Positions 18,727 to 29,200 of a stretch of DNA of 64,000 nucleotides are shown in pieces. The position numbers and the translations under genes were made by a program. Positions within the stretch are counted from its first letter, which is position 1, and each line of letters opens with the position of its first letter. The notes under the pieces were generated by a model. It did not search any database. It was not told the DNA's origin and saw only the letters and a list, made by a program, of their open reading frames with translations. Source of the stretch: Acidobacteriota bacterium (GTDB taxonomy: Bacteria; Acidobacteriota; UBA6911; RPQK01; JAJDTT01); assembly GCA_965217775.1 (NCBI GenBank), contig CBDCJH010000002.1, positions 1,152,001 through 1,216,000 on the forward strand, in the 5' to 3' direction.

Positions 18727-21489
18727 ATGAAGAAACTGGCCGTATTGATCTCTCTGGTCCTGGTCTGGCCCGGCGTTGCCTTCCCCGCGAAGAGCACCGA
18801 CGGCTCCATGGGGTCGCAGATCGACATCCCGTTCGAGAAGTTCGTCCTGCCCAACGGCCTCACCCTGATCGTCCACGAGGACCACAAGGCGCCCATCGTG
18901 GGCGTCAACGTCTGGTACCACGTGGGGTCCAAGAACGAGAAACCGGGGCGCACGGGATTCGCCCACCTCTTCGAGCACCTGATGTTCAACGGGACGGAAC
19001 ACTGGCCCGGCGAGTTCTTCGAGCCCTTGGAGGAGGTCGGCGCCACCGGAATGAACGGCACCACCAACGCCGATCGCACCAACTACTTCGAGAACGTCCC
19101 CAAGAACGCCCTGGACCTGGCCCTGTGGCTGGAGTCGGATCGGATGGGCCACATGCAGGGGGCCATTTCCAAGGAGAAGCTGGACGAGCAGCGCGGCGTT
19201 GTCCAGAACGAGAAGCGCCAGGGGGAGAATCAACCGTACGGCCGGACCTGGACTCTTCTGACCGAGAACACTTATCCGGCCGGCCATCCCTACTCCTGGT
19301 CCACCATCGGCTCCATGGAGGATCTGGACGCCGCCGAGCTGGACGACGTCAAGGAGTGGTTCAAGACCTATTACGGCGCCGCCAACGCGGTGCTGTCCAT
19401 CGCCGGCGACGTCGACGCCCAGGAGGTGAAGAAGAGGGTCGAGCACTATTTCGGAGACATCCCCTCCGGTCCGCCGGTGGACAAACAGGAAGCCTGGATC
19501 GCCAAGATGACGGGGACCCACCGCCAGCAGATGCAGGACCGTGTCCCCCAGGCCCGGATCTACCGGGTCTGGAACGTGCCCCAGTGGGGTACCCGGGAAG
19601 TGGCGATTTTGGGCCTGGCGGGCCGGATCCTGGGGCGGGGCAAGACCTCGCGGCTCTACAAGCGGCTGGTCTACAAGGACCAGATCGCCACGGACGTGTC
19701 GGCTTACGTCTACTCACGCGAACTCGGCGGCCAATTCCAAATGATCTCCACGGCCCACCCGTCCAAGACGCTGGGTGAGGTGGAGCGGGCCCTGGCCGAA
19801 GAGGTGGAGAAATTTATTCAGGAAGGTCCCACCCAGTCGGAGCTCGATCTGGTCAGAACTCAGATATTTGCCGGTTTCGTGCGGGGCTTGGAGCGGGTCG
19901 GCGGGTTTGGAGGCAAGTCCGACACCCTGGCGGCCAACGAGGTCTACGGCGGTTCCCCCGATACCTACAAGAAATATTTCCGGTACCTGGAGGAGGCGAC
20001 TCCGGAGGACCTCCGCGAAGCGGCTCGCGAGTGGCTGTCCGACGGGGATTTCATCCTGGAAGTGCACCCGTTCCCCGAGTACTCGACAGCCGATTCGGGG
20101 GCGGATCGGGACCGGTTGCCGGACGTGGGCGAGCCGCCGCCCGCCGAATTTCCCCGCCTTCGGAAGGCGACCCTGTCCAGCGGTCTGAAGGTGATCCTGG
20201 CCGAGCGCCACGCAGTGCCCATCATCAACTTCCGGTTGCTCATGGATGCCGGATATGCCGCCGATCTGGGCGGACTGGCGGGGACGGCCAACCTGACGGC
20301 GGACATGATGGACGAGGGGACCTCGACTCGCAGCGCACTTGAGATCAGCGAGGAAGCGGCCCGTCTCGGGGCCGGCATCGGCAGCAACGCGTCTCTCGAC
20401 GATTCGACGGTCACGCTGTCCGCGCTCAAGTCGAACCTCGCCGAGTCGCTGGACCTCTATGGCGACGTGGTCTTGAACCCCTCTTTCCCGGGGAAGGAGC
20501 TGGAGCGGCTCCGGCGCCAGCTTCTGGCCCGGATTCAACGGGAGAAGGTCAGCCCGGTCAGCATGGCCTTGCGGGTGATGCCCAAGCTCATCTACGGGGC
20601 GGACCATGCCTACGCGAACCCACTGACCGGGTCCGGAACCGAAGAGACGGCCAAGGCCATCACCCGGGACCAGCTCGCGGATTTCCACGCCACCTGGTAC
20701 CGGCCCAACAACGCCACCCTGATCGTGGTGGGGGATACGACCTTGGCTGAGATCGAACCTCAGTTGGAGCGGGTCTTCAAGGCCTGGCAGAGCGGACCGG
20801 TTCCGGAGAAGCAGGTCGGGCGAGTAGACCACCACTCCCGGTCCCAGGTCTACCTCATGGATCGGCCCGGGTCTCAGCAATCGCTGATTTTTGCGGGGCA
20901 CGTGGCGCCGCCCACCAACAATCCGGACGAGATCGCCCTGATCACCATGAACCGGATCATCGGCGGCAGCTTCACCTCCCGCATCAACATGAACCTGCGG
21001 GAAGAAAAGCACTGGTCCTACGGGGCCCGGACCCTCCTGCTGGGGGCCAAGGGGCAGAGGCCCTTCATCGTCTATGCTCCGGTTCAGACGGACAAGACCA
21101 AGGAATCGGCGGCGGAGATCGACCGCGAGCTCAGGGAATATCGGGGAGATCGGCCGGCGACGGCGGAGGAGTTGGACCGGGCCAAGAAGGCCCAGACGCT
21201 CAGCCTGCCTGGACGGTGGGAGACCTCGGGTGCAGTGGGAGGAACCATCGCCGAGATCGTCCGCTTCGGGCTGGCCGACGACTACTACCGGACCTTTCCC
21301 GGTAAAGTTAGAGCGTTGGACATCCCGGCTATCCAGGCCTCCGCCAACGAGGTAATTCGCCCCGACCAGTTGGTGTGGGTCATCGTCGGCGACCTCTCGA
21401 AGATCGAAGAGGGGGTCCGCGAGCTCAATCTTGGGGAACTGAAACGGCTCGATCAGGACGGAAACGTGATCAACCCTGCCGCGCAGTAA
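18727..21489 (+). CDS. M16 family (pitrilysin-like) zinc protease
   Basis: GFAHLFEHLMF (HxxEH) and NGTTNADRTNYFE; duplicated M16 architecture; signal peptide. Confidence 0.93.
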   Translation: MKKLAVLISLVLVWPGVAFPAKSTDGSMGSQIDIPFEKFVLPNGLTLIVHEDHKAPIVGVNVWYHVGSKNEKPGRTGFAHLFEHLMFNGTEHWPGEFFEPLEEVGATGMNGTTNADRTNYFENVPKNALDLALWLESDRMGHMQGAISKEKLDEQRGVVQNEKRQGENQPYGRTWTLLTENTYPAGHPYSWSTIGSMEDLDAAELDDVKEWFKTYYGAANAVLSIAGDVDAQEVKKRVEHYFGDIPSGPPVDKQEAWIAKMTGTHRQQMQDRVPQARIYRVWNVPQWGTREVAILGLAGRILGRGKTSRLYKRLVYKDQIATDVSAYVYSRELGGQFQMISTAHPSKTLGEVERALAEEVEKFIQEGPTQSELDLVRTQIFAGFVRGLERVGGFGGKSDTLAANEVYGGSPDTYKKYFRYLEEATPEDLREAAREWLSDGDFILEVHPFPEYSTADSGADRDRLPDVGEPPPAEFPRLRKATLSSGLKVILAERHAVPIINFRLLMDAGYAADLGGLAGTANLTADMMDEGTSTRSALEISEEAARLGAGIGSNASLDDSTVTLSALKSNLAESLDLYGDVVLNPSFPGKELERLRRQLLARIQREKVSPVSMALRVMPKLIYGADHAYANPLTGSGTEETAKAITRDQLADFHATWYRPNNATLIVVGDTTLAEIEPQLERVFKAWQSGPVPEKQVGRVDHHSRSQVYLMDRPGSQQSLIFAGHVAPPTNNPDEIALITMNRIIGGSFTSRINMNLREEKHWSYGARTLLLGAKGQRPFIVYAPVQTDKTKESAAEIDRELREYRGDRPATAEELDRAKKAQTLSLPGRWETSGAVGGTIAEIVRFGLADDYYRTFPGKVRALDIPAIQASANEVIRPDQLVWVIVGDLSKIEEGVRELNLGELKRLDQDGNVINPAAQ

Positions 21490-21528
21490 GACTGGCGGGC
21501 AGGATCAGGGCCGGTTCCGGGAGGACAC

Positions 21529-22230
21529 ATGAAGATAGGAATTCTGCCGGTAATACTCCTCATCTGCGCCGGATGCAGCGAGCTTGGTGAGATGCAGACG
21601 ACCGGAGCGCGGATCAATACCTTCGACGCCGGCCGGGAGAGCTGGCAGATCTACGACTACACCGGCGGAAGCGGAAACCAGAACGTCTTCTACCTGACCA
21701 GTTGGGAAAAGACGGGCGGAGTCGGAAATTCCGGGTACGTCTGGGCCGATGACTCCCGCTGGCGGATCGACACTCCTGAGGATCCTCACTCGATCCTGCC
21801 TCTGATCCTCTATCACCGGTGGATTGCCGAGGACCTCGAGGAAGGGGCGAGTACAACTCCGCGGCCCACGGGATTTCGGGAGGAGGAAGCCCTCGACCTT
21901 CGGGGAGCCCGGGTGTCGGTCCACCTCCGCGGTGACGATCTGGATCTAAAGGGCGCCGAATGCTACTTCTGGGTCCACTCCGGCGGCACCCGGTGGCACT
22001 ACACGGGCCGTCCGCTCAAGATCCACCACGGGAAATGGGGTCCGCCCGAGCATTTCGTCCTGGTGAACGACGAATCCCTGTGGCACCGGAGTTGGGCCCC
22101 CTCCAGAGCCTCCCTGGATGCGCTGCTCAAGAAAAGCGCCAGCTACGGCTTCTCCTTCGTAGGGTTCTCGGAGGAGGTGACCGGGAAGCTCTCCATGGAC
22201 CAGTTCGAGCTCCACTTGACGAGGCAGTAG
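21529..22230 (+). CDS. hypothetical lipoprotein
   Basis: GGAGG RBS; ICAGC lipobox-like motif; GC3-biased codon usage. Confidence 0.75.
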   Translation: MKIGILPVILLICAGCSELGEMQTTGARINTFDAGRESWQIYDYTGGSGNQNVFYLTSWEKTGGVGNSGYVWADDSRWRIDTPEDPHSILPLILYHRWIAEDLEEGASTTPRPTGFREEEALDLRGARVSVHLRGDDLDLKGAECYFWVHSGGTRWHYTGRPLKIHHGKWGPPEHFVLVNDESLWHRSWAPSRASLDALLKKSASYGFSFVGFSEEVTGKLSMDQFELHLTRQ

Positions 22231-22953
22231 CCACGACCTTCACTTTTCGAAGGGCTTTGGGGTGGGACGTTCCACATTGGCAACAATGGACCGAATCGAG
22301 AGTCCTGATGCGAGTGACTCCGGAGTTGCGTCGCGTGTTCCAGGTGACCACCAACGCGGGTATGTAACTTATTCGTCGGTGATCAGATCGGTCGGGGCCA
22401 GATCGATGCATCGGCTGGCCAAGCGGGGCGTGAGTTGGCGCGCGGTACACCGACCGGGACAGCCGATTCGGAGTCTGTATGTACCGATGGATTCCTGGGG
22501 CAGGTGCCGAGTTCCGGATCCGCAGAATAGGTTCCGATAATATACTTTATTGGACTCTACATCCTGCCTCTGACCCCCTATATTCTCCGTTGGCTGGGGC
22601 GCTTGTGAAGGTTCCCTGGGATGGATAGCCGACATTTCTCATGCCTGGCCTGTCCGGTTCTCGATTCCCCCCAGATTATTCATCATGCAAACATAAAATG
22701 GGAAAGCGTTCCCGCCATGTCGAGTCGGATCAGAGGGTTACGGGATACCCACATAAAAAGGTCGAGAGCCGCCGTGGGTGAAACGCTATCGTGGTTTTCG
22801 ACTCCGCCTTAATCTTTGGGTTCAGAGGGGTCCGAAACCCTCGCATTTCCAAGGTTTTCTCCCCTTCCAAGGGCGGCAAAAAGAGGCGGCGTGCCCGTCA
22901 TTTGTGGTATAGTTATGGTGTTACAAAAACAACCACAATAAACGGAGCACGCC

Positions 22954-24426
22954 ATGCCTGAGACGATACCGCAGATCCGGCCCTCATTCAACCGATCCCT
23001 CCGCCTCGAGACCCGCCCCGAGTTGCTCAGTGCGGACACGGGAGCCCTGGTGCAGCGGGAGCTGATGGATCGCAGCGGCCTCATCGACTGGTTGACCGGG
23101 CGGTTGCACGATCCGCGACACCCGAGTTCGATCCGCTATCCGCTGTCGGATCTGCTGCGGACTCGACTCCTGCTGCTGGGGCAGGGCTGGCGCGACCAGT
23201 CCGACGCCGACCGCCTGCGTCAGGATCCGAGCTTGCGGGTGGCGAGCCAGACCCGTCGGGGCACGGCGGCCTTGGAGGAGGGCCACGGGCTGGCGTCACA
23301 GCCGACCTTGTCCCGACTACTGGACACGCTCAGCCGGAAGGAGAACCTTCCGGTCCTGCACCAGGCGGTGACGGAGCTGGCGTGCCGTCGGATCGAGATG
23401 ATCGAAGGCCGGCGGCGAAAACGGGGGAAAAAGACCCCACGGAAGAAGAGACGGAAAAAGACGATGTACCTGGACGTGGACGGTCTCCCGGTGGAGGTCC
23501 ATGGGCATCCCCTGGGAAGCGAGTGGAACGGATACTATCGCCAGCGGATGGACCACGGGTTGGTGGCGAGTTGTGCCGAGACGGGGGACCTGATCGACGG
23601 GGAGATTTTTCCGGGAGCCAGCTACCTGGGGAAGAAGGCGCTGAAGTTGACGCTCCGGGTGGTGGACCGCTGTCGGGGGCGTCTGTGCGGCTCGATGATC
23701 GTGCGGATGGATGCGGGGTTCCCGGAGCCGGGGCTACTGAAGGGGCTGGAGTCGAGAAGCGTGCCCTATATCGCTCGAATCCGCAAGAATGAGGTCCTGA
23801 ACCGGATGGCGAAGCCCTACTTGACCCAACCGGCGGGGCGATCCCCGGATGCACCACCGAGGCTCTGGTTCCATGAGCTGACCTATCAGGCGGAGAGTTG
23901 GGATCGGGCGCGCCGGGTGGTGCTGGTGGTGCGGGAGCGACCGGGGGAGTTGTATCCGGATCATTTCTGGTTGCTGACGAGCCTGAGTCGGAAACGATAC
24001 GAGGCTCAGGAGTTGCTGGCGCAGTACCGCAAACGGGGGAAGGCGGAAGGCCACATGGGGGAGTTGATGGACGTGCTCGATCCGGCCTTGTCCTCCGCGA
24101 GCCGGCCCAAGACGCACTATCGGGGGAACCCGCTGAAGCCGGGAGCCAAGCCGGAAGCGACGACGGAGGCCGGAGTTCGACCCCACAACGAAGTCCGGTT
24201 CCTGCTGAATCTGCTGGGGTACGAGATCCTGCACCTGGGTCGGGTGCTGATGGAGCAGGCGACGCGTCGGGGCTGGAGTCTGCGTCGTTTTCGCGAGCGG
24301 GTGTTGCGAGTGGCATCTCGGGCGTTGCGTCAGGGGAGGCGATTGATTTTCGTCATCAGTCAAGGGGCGACGGACTGGAAGCGGTTGTGGCAGAGACTGG
24401 CGCGGGTGTCCTGGGCGCCGGGATAG
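22954..24426 (+). CDS. IS1380 family DDE transposase
   Basis: LSADTGALV, DADRLRQDP, LASQPTLSR, LDVDG, VRMDAGF and YRKRGKAE motifs. Confidence 0.93.
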   Translation: MPETIPQIRPSFNRSLRLETRPELLSADTGALVQRELMDRSGLIDWLTGRLHDPRHPSSIRYPLSDLLRTRLLLLGQGWRDQSDADRLRQDPSLRVASQTRRGTAALEEGHGLASQPTLSRLLDTLSRKENLPVLHQAVTELACRRIEMIEGRRRKRGKKTPRKKRRKKTMYLDVDGLPVEVHGHPLGSEWNGYYRQRMDHGLVASCAETGDLIDGEIFPGASYLGKKALKLTLRVVDRCRGRLCGSMIVRMDAGFPEPGLLKGLESRSVPYIARIRKNEVLNRMAKPYLTQPAGRSPDAPPRLWFHELTYQAESWDRARRVVLVVRERPGELYPDHFWLLTSLSRKRYEAQELLAQYRKRGKAEGHMGELMDVLDPALSSASRPKTHYRGNPLKPGAKPEATTEAGVRPHNEVRFLLNLLGYEILHLGRVLMEQATRRGWSLRRFRERVLRVASRALRQGRRLIFVISQGATDWKRLWQRLARVSWAPG

Positions 24427-24902
24427 TGGACGGAGGAGGCATCGGGCCCGTGGAAGGGACCGAAACGGTGGGAATTTCTCACCGGAAAGTCAACCTGTCG
24501 GCGGATGACGGTCCCCCTGGCCGGTAAACGGTTTATGACTGGTTCAATCGTCCTGTTTTTGAGCCGATTCAGTCGAATCGACAGAGGTTCGAGAGAAACC
24601 GGGCTCCGACCGCCAGAAAACGCCGGGTCGGAAGCCCTTATCAACATGTTCCATGAATAATCTGGGCTGATTCGGGTCGCAACACGCCGTGGCCACTGCC
24701 TCCCTCGGTTAGCCTCATCCGGTGAAAAATTCCGTGTTGTTGCTGCGTACCTCCTGCCCTCTGTGGGGACGTTCCACGGGGGACAGGAGGTCGAAGCCTC
24801 GACAGTGACCAAGAGTGTTTCCGACGGGTAGAGCGATAACGTCAGGGAGGCCCGCGCCTTGAAGATAGGCCCAGTGTTGAAAACTGCGATGGACTCAATT
24901 CC

Positions 24903-25070
24903 GTGTCTTGCTACTCGGAGCCTGTTTTGCGGAAGGTCCGGAGGGACTGGCAGGCGCCGGCGAATCGGGCGCTGATGACATCCGGCGGGGAGGAGTGGAT
25001 CAATCCGCGGAGCTTGGCCGAACTCCGGACCGAGACCCTGAAACGAGGTGACCTGGAGACGCCAGCGGGA
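24903..25070 (+). pseudogene. decayed paralog of the 32784/33629 family inside the IS1380 passenger
   Basis: Preceded by the same hairpin leader (about 24752-24790); EEWINPRSLAELRTETLKR resembles EASIARGSVREIRLEKMR. Confidence 0.4.
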
Positions 25071-25887
25071 TTCAGTCGGGTGTCGAACATCCACCGGGGG
25101 CCTCAGTCTTACAGCGGGGAGCGATCCAGCGAGATGCGAATGATGGCCGATCGGGTCGAGCGCCCCAACCGGGCGCTGGCTCGGGCGCGGAACCGAAAGG
25201 AGCGGGCCATCCAGCAGGCTCTCCGGCTGGCGGAGGGGTTGACGGGAGACCTGGTCCGCGTGGTGCGCGAGCCCCGGATTCAACCCGGGGCTCTCCCGGG
25301 CTGCCGGAGGTACCAAGTGGGCAAAACGGCACGGCTCGACCGACCTGCCGGCGGTCCCCGCCGACGTAGAGATGATGTCCGAAGGATACGCTTGTGCATG
25401 CTGAGCGGGCCGGTCGGGACGACCCATTGAGCCCCGCAAGGAGGCCCCCGGCGCGTCACGCCTCCGGATCGAGGGCACACTGAAGACAGCCCCATGAGGC
25501 CAGCGGGAGTTCCACCTGCTGGCCCGAGAGTATGTCTTGACCAGCCAGACGCGGCATTCGAAGGACGACTCCGCTCACCGGTCGGAGCGGACCCGGAAGC
25601 TCGGGCGCGCCATTGGGTCGAGCCGGTTGACGGACCAGGGAAGGCGTAGTGTGGACTGCGCCGTGCCCCGACGCGAGGTCCTCTTCCATCCTGGCCGAGA
25701 AATGTCTTCCCATCTCGCGCCAGCCACATGGGAAGAGAGTCGACGGTCAGTGTAGGAGTTGGGATTTCACCAAATATTCACCATATCGACCCTTATTTTA
25801 ATGATAATTTCACTGGATCCTTGCTATACTCGATTCAGAAAGTGCATTCGGTGTTTTGAGGGAAGTCTTCTAAAAGGAAGAGTGGCC

Positions 25888-26210
25888 TTGATTTTCGTCA
25901 TCAGTCAAGGGGCGACGGACTGGAAGCGGTTGTGGCAGAGACTGGCGCGGGTGTGCTGGGCGCCGGGATAGTGGACGGAGGAGGAATCGGGCCCGTGGAA
26001 GGGACCGAAACGGTGGGATTTTCTCACCGGAAAGTCAACCTGTCGGCGGGTGACGCCCCCCTGGCCGGTAAACGGTTTATGACTGGTTCAATCGTCCTGT
26101 TTTCGAGCCGATTCAGTCGAATCGGCAGAGGTTCAAGAGAAACCGGGCTGCGACCGCACGAAAACGCCGGGTTGGAAGCCCTTATCAACATGTCCCATGA
26201 ATAATCTGGG
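25888..26210 (+). repeat. second copy of the IS1380 3' end
   Basis: Near-identical to 24343-24666, including the transposase C-terminus and right TIR. Confidence 0.92.
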
Positions 26211-26256
26211 TTCCCAGACGTCATTAGGTATTAGGTCGCCAAAACAAGACGACTTC

Positions 26257-29200
26257 ATGGGAGGAGGAGCCCGCTTGAGAAGTCCACTACTCGGCTCATT
26301 CTCGGGTCCGTTTATTGCCTGGTGGCTGTTTTTCGTCCTGGCGCCACCGCAATCCGGCGGGCCCCCATCAAAGACCATTCTCCGGTCGGCGGACGACTCG
26401 ATCACCCGTCAGGCGCAGGAATCGGGGGAGATGATTCTGTACTTCCCGGATTACGTGGACGGCGAGGGATGGTCGGTGCAGTTGGTCCTCAGCAACGTCG
26501 ACCCGGAGGCCGCAGCCGAGGTCCGGGTGGATGTCTACGACCCCGAGGGCCAACCGATCCGGGATCTGTTCGATTCGGATTTGACGTTGGAGATTCCGGC
26601 GCTGGGCAGTCGCGTCTTGAGAAGCGCCGGTTCAGGAGCCATTCGGCGGGGTTGGATCCAGGTCCAGACCGATTCCGCTGCAGTTGGTGGACTGCTGACC
26701 TACCGGAACGCCCAAACGGGGATCGAAGTCGGCGTCAAGCCCGTCGATCTGGGACCCCAGTTCGCCTTGTTTGTGGAGGAATCCCCGACGGTCGGCGCCG
26801 GCGTCGCCGTCTTTAAGCCGGACGCCTCGCCCCGCCTTGAGCTACGTATCCGAGGCGAGGAGGGGAACGACCCCTTGGAGGGCGGGTTCGTCCCCTGGAG
26901 GGATTTCCACCAGGCGGCGCGCACGCTCCCGGAATGGTTCAGCGGCGAAGGGGTGGACACGGGGTTCTTGACCGACTTTCGCGGCCTGTTGTTCTTGGAG
27001 AGTGAAGACGAATCTCCGTTCGCCCCGCTGGGGCTACGGTTCGGGAAGGGAACGTCTTCGCTCTCGGCGGTGCCGGCGATCCGGACTCATGGTGAGGAAC
27101 CCAAAGAGACAAACCTGGTCTTCCCCGACTACGTGGACGGAGGGGGATGGTCGGTGCAACTGGTGCTCAGCAACGTCGATGCGGACACTGCGGCCGAGGT
27201 TCGGGTCGAAGTCCACGACTCGGACGGACAGCCGGTGCTGGATCTGTTCGAATCTAATCTGACGTTGGAGATTCCGGCGCTGGGCAGTCGAGTCTTGAGA
27301 AGCGCCGGAGCCGGAGCCATGCGGCGGGGCTGGATCCAGGTCGAGTCCGATTCCGCCTTAGTGAGCGGACTGTTGACGTACCGGCACGTCCAAACGGGGA
27401 TCGAAGTCAGTGTCGAGCCGGTCCAGTTGGGGAAGGAATTCGCTCTGTTCGTGGAGGAATCGGGAACCGTGGGGGCGGGACTGGCCCTCTTCAATCCGGA
27501 TGCAGAATCCAGGATCGAGCTGAGACTGCGCGACGAGGAGGGAAACGACCCGTTGGACGGGGTGTTCCTCCCCTGGAGAGACTTCCACCAGGCGGCGCGC
27601 ACGCTCCCGGAATGGTTCGACATCGAAGGAGTCGATACGGAGTTTCTGAGGGACTTTCGGGGCCTCCTGTTCCTGCGAGCGGAGGGCGAATCGGGGTTCG
27701 CTCCGCTGGGACTGCGGTTCGGGAAGGGCACCTCGTCGCTCTCGGCGGTGCCGGCGATCCGGCTCCCGGAAGGAGGAGGAATCGATGGCGGTCTCGCCCC
27801 GCCTCCGACGGTGACGCTGGCGGCTTCACCGACGTCGATCGATCGGGGCCAGAGCACGACGTTGACGTGGTCCTCCACGAGTGCGGAGAGCGCCGAAATC
27901 ACTCCGGACATCGGCGTGGTGCCGACTTCGGGCACGCGGAAGGTTTCGCCCAACGTCACCACGACCTACCGCATCACGGTGACGGGCGCGGACGGACAGA
28001 CGGCCACGGCGTCGGTGACGGTGGCCATTTCCGAGCGGGTGTTGCTGAGGGCGGTGTTCGATGCCATGGGCGGATCGGCGTGGACCCGTAGCGACAACTG
28101 GCTGACCGACGCCCCGCTGGGGGAATGGTACGGGGTCGAGGTCGATAGCCAGGGCCGGGTGATCGGACTGCGGATGGCCGAGTGGGTCGAAACTGAAGAT
28201 GGGAGACGAGTAAAAATCGGGAACAGATTGACGGGGTCGATCCCACCGGAACTGGGTTCGCTCTCCCACCTGAGAGTCCTGAACCTAAGTGAGAACCGAC
28301 TGACGGGGCCGATCCCGCCCGAACTCGGACAGCTCTCCAATCTGCAGAGGCTGGACCTCAGTGTGAATGCGTTGACGGGCCCGATCCCGCCGGAATTGGG
28401 GCGGCTGTCCAACCTGAGGGTCTTGGACCTCGGTAGGAACAATCTGGAAAGCCCGATCCGACCGGAGCTGGGAGCGCTCGCCCAACTGGAGTTCCTGCAT
28501 CTCGGTAGTAACGATCTGAGGGGCCCGATCCCCCCGGAACTTGGGCGCCTCTCCAACCTGAAGGTCTTGGATCTCGGTAGGGACCGACTGACGGGGCCGA
28601 TCCCGCCCGAACTCGGACAGCTCTCCAATCTGCAGAGGCTGGACCTCAGTGGGAACCGACTGACGGGGCCGATCCCGCCCGAACTCGGACAGCTCTCCAA
28701 TCTGCAGAGGCTGGACCTCAGTGGGAACCGACTGACGGGGCCGATCCCGCCGGAATTGGGGCGGCTGTCCAACCTGAGGGTCTTGGACCTCGGTTGGAAC
28801 AATCTGGAAAGCCCGATCCGACCGGAGCTGGGAGCACTCGCCCAACTGGAGTTCCTGGATCTCGGTAGTAACCTTCTGAGGGGCCCGATCCCGCCGGAAT
28901 TGGGGCGGCTGTCCAACCTGAGGGTCTTGGACCTCGGTGGGAACAATCTGAGGGGCCCGATCCGACCGGAGCTGGGGGTGCTCGCCCAACTGGAGTTCCT
29001 GGATCTCGGTCTGAACCTTCTGAGGGGCCCGATCCCGCCGGAATTGGGGCGGCTGTCCAACCTGAGGGTCTTGGACCTCGGTGGGAACGACAATCTGAGA
29101 GGCCCGATCCCACCGGAACTTGGGCGCCTCTCCAAATTGAAAATGCTGAATCTCAGCGGGGTCAATCGCTATCGCTATGAGGAAAACCGTCCGCCGTTGG

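Larger units (their letters stand above)
22670..26210 (+). mobile_element. IS1380-family element with passenger DNA and a duplicated right end
   Basis: TIR CCCAGATTATTCAT at 22670; ATGAATAATCTGGG ending at 24666 and again at 26210; TTCCC TSD at 22665-22669 and 26211-26215. Confidence 0.85.

Noticed and set aside
28220-29160. 72-bp periodic DNA as a CRISPR array or DGR template/variable repeats
   Set aside because: In-frame LRR coding repeats; differences are not adenine-specific and there is no reverse transcriptase in the window
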